The position numbers were made by a program, and so were the translations under genes. A stretch of 63,989 nt of DNA, the filler included, from Perkinsus olseni (Eukaryota): NCBI GenBank assembly GCA_013115125.1. It is 5 parts of 5 records of this genome, joined end to end, with 100 filler letters (N's around TTAATTAATTAA, not from the genome) between each part and the next. Parts side by side here need not be neighbours in the genome. Positions count along the whole stretch, not along the records: positions 13,503 to 26,897 come from JABANN010000760.1; positions 26,998 to 40,383 come from JABANN010000761.1; 3 more parts are not named here. One strand, written 5' to 3'. Numbering within the stretch: the first letter of the stretch is position 1; each line of letters begins with the position of its first letter. The notes under the pieces were generated by a model. It was not told the DNA's origin. It was given only the letters and a program-made list of their open reading frames with translations, and did not search any database. This document shows positions 25,508-35,002 of the stretch, piece after piece.

Positions 25508-26398
25508 ACGACACAGTGAAGTTTCACCTGTTTAACACGAAAAACAGTTTTACGCGAAGTGTTTAGCGCGAAAAACGTGATGTGTTGTGTAGTCATATCA
25601 CTTCGCGTGATAACGCCGGTGAAAAACGCAATAACGCGTTCAACACTTAAGTCAAAACGCGTTATAACACGTAGTACGCGTGATGGCGTTAGAAAAACGC
25701 CTTTTTCACTACTCGTGTAAAAACTAGGCTATTTCAACGCGTTATAACGTTATCCCTGTCGGTCTCATACAGCCCTCCAAATAAATTTGGAATATCGTGA
25801 TTTTCTCGCCGCCAGCTCCAACTGGGACGAGTTACAAAACGAAATTCATAGAGATACCTTCTAGGACCCTACCGAGTACAACCCCAAAGTTTCAGACCAC
25901 AACTCCTAATGGGTGCCGAGATCTCGGAGGGTCCCTCGAGAAATGTGCCAAATAATTTTGGAATACACGGCTTAAAATTTGGGGGAAAATACCAGTTTTT
26001 ACTCAGTAAGTACCTCAAGTGTTAATCTGCCGGTTCATTGCAGCACACCGATGGAAAGAGCGTCTTTCCAATACCTATCCACCTAACTTTCGTCACGGTC
26101 ATCAAAAGCCAGAGTGTTGTGGGCGGCCTTGACTGCAAGAACCCGCTAATATAGGCCTTTCACAGCCAAATATGCCGCGTTTCTGAGATTTTGTTCTACG
26201 AAGACGAATCTCAAGTAGACAACTCAGAGAATCGTGACGAAAGTTAGGTGGATAGATGGACATTCGCGCTGTTCTCGGTAGATCACCAGGCGTCCCTTGC
26301 TGGAAGGCAGGCTTCTGAAATTTGTCCACCCCTCTTCCACGATATGCTCCTCGCACGGACTGTGCAAAACACCTACCTTAAAGTGCATCTCCGAACAA

Positions 26399-26430
<32 letters not shown>

Positions 26431-26579
26431 AGCTCCTACACATTCCAGCCCGCGGCTACGGCTATTGTCACAGCTGTCACAGCTGGCTATTGAACACTTG
26501 AACTTGTTCTGCGTTTCAAAGCGGCATGGTCCTGGAGACAGGTCCTCAGACGAGGAGTGTGAGAATCATAAGATGCAAC

Positions 26580-26897
26580 TCAAGTAAGGATCCCGTACCT
26601 ACCTGTCGTCGCAGTCTGGGGTGTGGCTTCTTCCCACGGGTACGGAAAAGGGTCGATCTCGGGACGAACCTCATCGCCACCCGGCGGGGTCAACCGGCGT
26701 AAGTGAGTACGGGCAGATTGGAACCAGCTCTCCAAGCTCGCCTCGTCGACAGGTAGATTAACCAGAGCGTGAAGAGAAGCATCGGTGACCTCATAGTAGT
26801 TCTTTCTTCGCGGTCGATCTCCTCGGTCAAGATTGCCGACCTTCACCCGTTCCTTGGCGATGAAACGCGCGGTGTTTTCTATCCACTCCCATATATT
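26580..26897 (-). mobile_element. C-terminal fragment of a Mutator/MULE-like transposase, cut by scaffold end
   Basis: IWEWIENTARFIAKERVKVGNLDRGDRPRRKNYYEVTDASL resembles the IW.FI...G..P.RRK.Y...D tail seen after the catalytic Glu in MULE transposases. Confidence 0.45.
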
Positions 26898-26997
26898 NNN
26901 NNNNNNNNNNNNNNNNNNNNNNNNNNNNNNNNNNNNNNNNNTTAATTAATTAANNNNNNNNNNNNNNNNNNNNNNNNNNNNNNNNNNNNNNNNNNNN
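26898..26997. other. Artificial scaffold linker
   Basis: N run + TTAATTAATTAA + N run. Confidence 0.97.
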
Positions 26998-27200
26998 CCA
27001 TTGCTGATGATTTACTTGATGGTACGTTGATAATTATACCTGTCATCATCATAGCCAACATCAGTGCAAGGACTAGAAGTAGTACTACTGGGATTACCGT
27101 CTCTTGTTATTATGGCATCACTATCCTTCTCACTGTTAACAACAGTACTGTGCTGCTGCCCTTCTGACAGCTGTTCGACTGATGAGGATGATGACGCCAT
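26998..27200 (-). CDS. 5' end of a hypothetical gene, truncated by scaffold edge
   Basis: ATG at 27200 reading MASSSSSVEQLSEGQQHSTVVNSEKD, followed by a GT donor. Confidence 0.4.
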
Positions 27201-27516
27201 GGTGATGATGATGATGCGAAGGACGACAACACTAGTAGACGGCAATGTTATTGGTGTATACCACACTAATAACACAACCATTGATGATTATGATAACAAG
27301 AATGACTACTATCATTGTTATGGACGATGATGATGATAGTTGCGAGCGACAAGAAAACTTGTCATCATAAATCCGATCATAACGACAACAAACCTGTACA
27401 TTGGTCATGTCTCTCGAGTATGATGATGACAATGATGACGTGTATAAAAACTGTTTAAAAAGTCTCATAGTGGTAGATGCTAACCATCTCTACCGATGAC
27501 TATGATGATGCCATCA

Positions 27517-28979
27517 CTATTCATCATCAGTAGTGGCAGTCGTAGTATGATTCCTGATGATAGTAGCACTACAATTGCGCTTCTCGGCCGCCCTGGTTAT
27601 CTCATTAATAGTATCATTCAGTGTGTAGCATGATGATGCTGATGTATTAGGGTCAGATGGCGTTACTTTAATACCAACCTCAGACGTCTCATTAACGGAT
27701 GACCCTAAACGTATCCTGCTGAAGTGCGCTACACTCTTATGCTCTTCAACAATATCCAATACTGAGTTTACCAATTGTGAATCAAATAAATGACCGCGTA
27801 GTATGATTGTTGTAGTATTATCATTTTCGTGACCTGAAAACGATAACATTACTACCCATCCCTGATGGGTGTGTTATTGATCCTACCTCCGGCTAGATCA
27901 TCGGCATCTTGGGCAGCATCAGTCTTGTCAGCTGATACCTCTTGAGTAGTGATAGCAGTAATGGGCTGCCCTCTGCTGGCATCAGTCGCCAACTTGTGCT
28001 GTTGTTTATTGTTGGTTATCCTATCCATCATAGTCTTGAGTATGGGCATATGGCCTTCAATACTAACTAGATATCTGCCAAGCATAGCTACCTGTATATC
28101 GATCTCCTCCTTAGTAACATTGAAGTGTGGTGTAAACCTCAATGCATTCTCCCCACCATGTATAACACCAATACCATGACATCTTAGCCAATGCTCAGCA
28201 CCAGTGAATGCTACTACTGGTATCTCCTTGTGAAGGTGTACTGCATATAATAGACCAGTACCGCTAACATCAACAACAGCATGAGGGAACTTATCCTGTA
28301 ACCTTTTATACTGGTTGATAGCATATTGACCCATGTCAATAATGTTACGTCTAATATGAGGATTGTTATATATCTCCTTCAATACAGAGGAGGTGACTGC
28401 GCAGGCCCTCGGGTTAGCTGTCATGGTATTACCGTACACACCATGTCTATAGTAGGTAGAGGCCCTCTCATTCATAGCCAGGATTGATACTGGATATTGC
28501 CCACCATTGATGGCTTTGGACCATACTTCAAAATCAGGTGGTGGTAGATTGTGGTAACCAGGATAATCAACTATACTTAGTACCCCCATACAGCGGAAGC
28601 CTGATTGAACCGAGTCTATTATTAAGATAGAATCATGCTGTAAAGTCAACTCCCTGGCTAAGGCATAGAATTCTGGTCTTATCTGTTGACCAGGATTACC
28701 CTCACCCATCACAGCTTCTATCATTACCTGACATCACTATCGTGTATCATGGATGAGGCCAACAGCAGCAGCAGCAGCAGCAGCAACATTATTAGATGTA
28801 CTATTTACTTACACACTCAATAAACTTGCCCTCCTCTTCAGCTCTCAGGAATGCCTCTCTTAGTTCATCACCATCATTCGGTGTTACTGTAATAGAGTAT
28901 CCTGACTGGGCGGTGATAATACTCTCACACCTATGCTTGCGGTACCTAGTAGTAATGCCTTAGTGAGGACAATACACTG

Positions 28980-29024
<45 letters not shown>

Positions 29025-29188
29025 ATATTACGTATCATGGCAACTACTGCTGAATACTGCTGGTCGGAAGGTACGTCCATGGAAGGAGCCTTTCAATGAT
29101 AGACCCAATAATGGTCTATTATTACGTACTTGTCCGGTATGGATCTGATGGTGGAGACCACGATAATGACGGTAGTAGTAGTAGTAGT

Positions 29189-29221
<33 letters not shown>

Positions 29222-29824
29222 CTATTACATCCATTATTCTATCAGCGACTGAGTTGCCTTCGGAACCCGAGTTCATCATTAATACAGAATGGTAGGGGCA
29301 GCCATCTGACCTAGTATGGCCAATCTCCTTCTTAATATCATTAATAACATTCATTTGTAGTAATGATGGTGTCATAATGTTAGCCATAACGTAATCATTA
29401 CTTATAGCCTTCAAAACGTTAGTTGGATTATGCCCAAGACCCAACATACCATAACCACCATTATCTTGTATAACACTGCCATGTAAGGTAATAATCCATG
29501 GTCCTTTACCACCAATAGGGATGTACGGGTTACGAGTATCATCAGCATAGAAATGACACCAATGCTCACATATACTCTTAATAAGCTGCCCCTCAGGTAC
29601 ACGATAGGTGGTATTACCATCTAATGTACTCCAAACTTCATGAGCATTAATAATAGCCAATGTTAGATTATGATCACGACCAAGGAACCTGATGACGATG
29701 ACCAACATTAACTACGATGCATACTGAGGTGGTAGAGGTAGTACTACTTTTCAATAATATCATCCGATAAACCAATAGTCTCCTTGGGCCCAGCAGCAGC
29801 TCTCATCTGACGGAGTAGATCCAT
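27517..29824 (-). CDS. Class-III PLP aminotransferase, L-lysine 6-aminotransferase-like, with C-terminal LOR/SDH linker-like domain
   Basis: Start MDLLRQMRAAAGPKETIGLSD; motifs FYADD..PYI..GPW, DNGGYGMLGLGH, MANIMTPS, NSGSE, KGSFHGRT, EAVMGEG, IDSVQ, SKAINGG (PLP Lys), YGNTMT, VIHGGENALRFTPHF. Last exon LRGHLFDSQLVNSVLDIVE. Confidence 0.9.
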
Positions 29825-29920
29825 TATGACCAAGACAGGAGGAGAGGAGTGATAATAATAACACTAATAATGAGGTAGTAGTAGTTAAGATCACAACACA
29901 ATAGCCTAGTAATAACACTA

Positions 29921-30559
29921 CTATGCAGTACTAGTTTTAGATGATGTCTTAGGAACCTTGATAAGCTGTCCACTACGTACAATAGTAACATTAGTGAAAG
30001 GCCTATCTCTCTCGTTAGTATCAACATCATTCTCAATAGTATTCAATACATCCCAACCCTTGATAACTTCACCGAAGACAACATGTTTACCATCAAGATG
30101 AGGGCATGCTCTAAACGTAATAAAGAACTGCGAACCATTGGTATCGGGGCCTGAGTTAGCCATTGACAGAATACCTCTCTTCATGTGTTTATGTAGTAAT
30201 AGACCATTCTTCTCATCAGCCAGCTTACCACCATATCCAGACTCACCACCTGTACCATCATTATTCTCGAAGTCACCACCTTGGCACATGAACCCCTTGA
30301 TGATACGATGGAATATGGTATTAGTGTAATGCATTGGTTTGTAGCCACATGATGAGCTGATACCATTCTCACCGGTACATAGACGACGGAAGGATTCACT
30401 TATGATTGGTACATCCTTATTGTATCTGTGATTCAGCAGCATCATTGATCAGGGTACTACCAATAATCATCAGTATTACAGTCTAAATATTATCCTACCG
30501 ATATACTCATCGCCGATGTTGATATCAAAGAACACTCTCACCTCTTCATCAACAGTCAT
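29921..30559 (-). CDS. Cyclophilin-type peptidyl-prolyl isomerase
   Basis: [76 protein letters not shown]. One intron ~30428-30477; start MTVDEEV inferred. Confidence 0.95.
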
Positions 30560-31343
30560 GAAGGGTAGTGAGGAGGAAGAAGAAGATGCTAATGATGGGT
30601 GGTTAGCCGGCGCCGCCCCAAAATTATCGCGCGCGCCCCAATTACTGTCCATCCGCCCGTAATTTGTCCTCTTCGCCCTTAGCGCGATCCGTTCTGCCTT
30701 ATCCAACTTATAGTCGAGTATGGCATGCGTGGCATGTTGGTTACAGCAATTTGAACCTTAGCCAGAGTAGGGTTGCATTTGGAGCCCCTGCTTGAGCTCT
30801 GGAACAAGTGCTTTCATCCCGGCGTCTGGATTCGACTCGAATCATTGGAGGATATAAATAACGATATTGCTACTTCGAAGTTCAAACTTTGAACTGAGCT
30901 CTGATGGTAATACTGGTACCGTACCACACTGCGCGTCTTGGCTCGTGATGATGTTCTCACCCTTCTCGCTGTGTAAACTTTTCGTTCTCGTAGTCCCGGA
31001 AGCTAGTGAGTGAACCTGACTCTTCTTCCGTGACTCCGAAAAATACAGGAAAATGCAAGCGCTCGGGATCCAAGTCCGATCAATCGAATCATTCGATCCG
31101 AATGTGAAACCTTGTTTGCGCGAAATACGCAGGATTACGCAAGATTGATTGCTACAAGATGTGCGGTACCCATGGCCGTGAGAGGGGACGCACTTCCCAG
31201 AGGCCCCAACGTAAAGTATCGGTAACGAGACGTATCCCGTTCAGGAGGAAAGTCACCTCACTGAGGTGGTAAACCGTCAGTGTACTGTGGATGCGCACCC
31301 TGCCTAATCGTGAGCCTGTCAGATGCGTCTTAGTAATACCAGA

Positions 31344-31805
31344 CTAAGATGAGTGAGTGCAGATTCTGTGGTGCAGGAGATTTCGATAGTGTTGACACGA
31401 CTTTCTACTGTAGCAGGACAGTTTACATGTTGAAGAAATTCTCAATCGATTACTCGAGTCAAATTGCAGGACAATTATTCTCTCACTAACTATAGTTGAT
31501 TCGTTACTCTTTTCGATGCGGGTCGGTACCTGCTGTCGAGGTGGAAGGCTCTGCCGCGCCTTGAGATCCTTCTTATCCAATCCACTAGCTCCACGCGACA
31601 CCACTAGTAGTGGTCCACTACGTAAGGGCTTGTTGGGCGCGATGGGGTACTGTATAATGTCGTTGTTAAGTAGAGCATCGCTTGTCGCTTGTTGGATCCA
31701 CACAGCGGTCAGCCACAGGCCTATGGTAATGCCTACAGCTAGTATGAGTGCGTGTTTTCTGAGCATTACGCTCATCAGGTTATGCATGCATTCGCTGGTC
31801 GGCAT
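31344..31805 (-). CDS. Hypothetical type II membrane/secreted protein (5' part)
   Basis: N-terminal TM segment LILAVGITIGLWLTAVWI; downstream structure unresolved. Confidence 0.35.
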   Translation of the reverse strand: MPTSECMHNLMSVMLRKHALILAVGITIGLWLTAVWIQQATSDALLNNDIIQYPIAPNKPLRSGPLLVVSRGASGLDKKDLKARQSLPPRQQVPTRIEKSNESTIVSERIIVLQFDSSNRLRISSTCKLSCYSRKSCQHYRNLLHHRICTHSS

Positions 31806-34800
31806 TACCCAGCCTTGAATAGTCTCGGTTCGTCGTCAGTGGTGCGGAGAAGGTGCCAGAGAATGCGATGAAGGACGGATCTGAGGGATGACAAGCAGTA
31901 GAGTGCAATTACTCCGTGATAGATGTGAGTCGGATTACAGCTTTGCAAGGCGCCAATCATTTACACTCTTACCTATCTCAGATGCGGCAGCTGTTGAGAA
32001 TCGCTATCAGCTTGGCGATACTGGATCCTCGCCGCTCTCTATCAGCCAGAAGGTGTGGGGCACAATGGATCTGAAACTGGAGAAGACCTAGCAGTGCATT
32101 TTCATGGTGAGACTTTTTCGGGTAGAGGAAAGATACAATTCGTCGCGTGGGTTTGTTCTACGATGCCGGGGTATTGATTCCGTTAGACTGCCTCTTCCTT
32201 TCATGCGAACTGCTCACGAGCGGCTCGGAAATAGAAAGAGGCACCAGAAAGGCACCACCGAGCTTTGTGTGGCACCTGAAGCTACAACTAAATGCTCAAC
32301 TTTCGAATTGGATGATGTAGAATTGGATGTATGAGAGAGTGATTGATAATTTACGCTCCTCAGGTTGCGAATTTCGGAATGCGAAATCGCTGGGCTGTCC
32401 AACCTTGGGCAGTCCCGGCTCGTGGCGTGTGGCCTAGAGGCAGACAGTGTGACGGGCGATGGCATATCGCCGATCGCCCGTCACCTCGACGGGCGATGAA
32501 GAAACCAGCTTAGCAAGATTACTCCTCTCAAGATGTAAGCCGGAATACAGCTAAGCAACTTGCTTAAAGCAAGGCATCCACCATTCCATTCTTACCTCAG
32601 ATACTGCGAGTTCTGAACGACCATCGATACTTGGCGATGCTGGAACCTTGCGAGTCGACGGGGAACAGGTATGACGCTTAGAGGATCTGAAGCAGGAGAG
32701 CGCTGGCAATCCATTTGTTCTATCTCACGAGGGGATGTTAATTTGTTCATTTGTTCTTTTACTTAGTCTGCGAGAGGATACTGTTTTACCCTCCTCTGGA
32801 TCCGTCATCCATCATTGGCAGATCTTGGCTTCTTGTGAGCCGCTCGTATACCGGACAAGGAAATGCTGATAGGCAAGTTCCCACATTGCCATATGAAACC
32901 ATGCGCCCTGTTCCCCAATCCCCGTCTTATAGTAATCGAGTGGTGAGCCGGGCAATTGTGTACAACATTCAGCTACTGACTGGTCAATTTAGCACTTATG
33001 AATGACAAGTTGTGATGAAGAGACTTCAGTGTCGGCGGTGCAGTTGCATTCGATGCAGTGATGAAACTTTCTCCTATATCGCAAAACTGAATTAGTCAAG
33101 CGGGGTGCCGGATTGACGAATGAGTCTGACGCAATCGTGGTGATTCGTCCCTCCCCTTCCCAAGCGGCTGTGACTAACCCGGAATGAGTCTTGCAAAAGG
33201 ATCTGTTACGTACATAATCAGGCCTTGGGATATAGTATTTCTGGCTCATGCTCAGTTTCATTTTTGCGTTCTCGTTGCCGGACGCATGGCGACATCTCGC
33301 GCATTTGAAGATGGCGACGAATATGCAGAAGGCCGAGTCGAAGCATATGAGAGGTGGAAAAGATGACGGAGAAGGTAGGTTCTTGTGGGAGTAGAAGCAT
33401 GCGAAACATTTTTATTGGCTGAGCCAGTTTGGCTGTGAGGCGAAGTCTCCAAACTTTCGGTGAGAAAATTACTGAAAACTAGTAATAAATGGCCTGACAG
33501 ACTATGAGTACTAAATTATTGCTAATAATCTATCACGCAGTATTCAGTCCGTGGTGCAGTGGACAGTTTTCCATTGGTGTTTTCGTATGATTCATTCTAC
33601 GTCATATACCAGGTATATTATACCTCTTTCTCGAAGAGTCTTTGTGGAGGATTGTGCCTCGCTCGTAGAATTGCAATTCGTTCGAGCCAGCCGTGAAGTG
33701 AGCAGGCTTAAGGCTCGCCGTTCGATCTCGGTATCTGCAATTGCTAGGCATCAGCATAGGCATAGGTCGTGCTGCTCGGTTGCAGGCCCAACTACGATCC
33801 CTGTGGCTGACGAGACTATGGTGTGCAAGTCAGTGTCAGCAAGCTGCGTGACTCTCCTCTTCCATCATCAGTCTGTCTGGTACTGAAGGATCGGCATTTA
33901 GTGTTGCAAGCTATCGAGAGCCGGAGACGAGTTGGCCTGAGAAGAGTAAGTATACTCGCGGCTTCCGAAGCTGAGCTTCCGAAGCTTCCTTAGTTATCTC
34001 GTCCAGATCTGTCTTGATTTTCTTGCCGCATCGAGGGACGGTGGGGTCAGTGCTGTTTGCCCCGCTGATAGTATTACTGATAACGGAAGTACTACTCACT
34101 CTGCTAGTACTATTGACACTTGCTGATACATATGAGTGCGGGCAACACAACTCTCAAACGAGTTTGAGTATAGTAGTCAGTCTATCATGCAAAATCTCAT
34201 CTCTCCTAGCAGCATCACTATGATACTCCGCCTGCGGCATCATCGGTGGATGGGTTTCTCATCAATTGGCACGATATCTCATATAGGGCAAAGGAGTCAC
34301 GATCTTTCGATGAAGCTCCATTGGCCTCGTCCCAAGCGTTGATAGTCAGGTCTTGGGCCTCTTCGTAATCTCTTCCTAAGAGGAGGAGTGTTGCTTTTTG
34401 TTCCCTCGTGGTCCTCTGGTTCGTCAGGATTATGTCCCCGTATCGCGTTGGCCTCTAAGACAGTACCTGAAGAGTGTCTATAATGCGTAAGATACATATA
34501 TAATCTCATAAGTGTGAGTGTCCGACCTAACTTAAGAGATGCATGTAGTCACTGATCTAGTTGATTAGAAATCGAACTCACCGTGACTGTTCCCGACTGT
34601 CATCGTGCCCTCCTGAGGGTTCCGCAAAAGTTGCTGAGGATTCTTTCGGTGGTTCGTTCCTCTGGTTGGATGCTGCGAGTCTTCGCACCAGTCTTCGCTT
34701 TCTGGATGAAGCCATTGAAGCGGAGTCGGGTCGGGATTTACCGCGGCCTTTACCGAGCAACATTCAGCCTTCAGCCGGCCTAGAGGTGTTGGCATCCATA

Positions 34801-35002
34801 TCATCATCACTATTACTCGTATAGCCCAGGAGCTCATGTATGTATCTGTCCTCTGTAGATTCTTCGGAACGCTCGGAGTCGTTGCCGGGATATAATGCAT
34901 GTGTATCTATGAATAACCGTTGATCTTGTGTTGGACTGGCAGGCTGTCTTGAATGCCGGCAGGGCAGCTGACTGGTGGCTTCAACGCCACCGAGTCAGCG
35001 GT

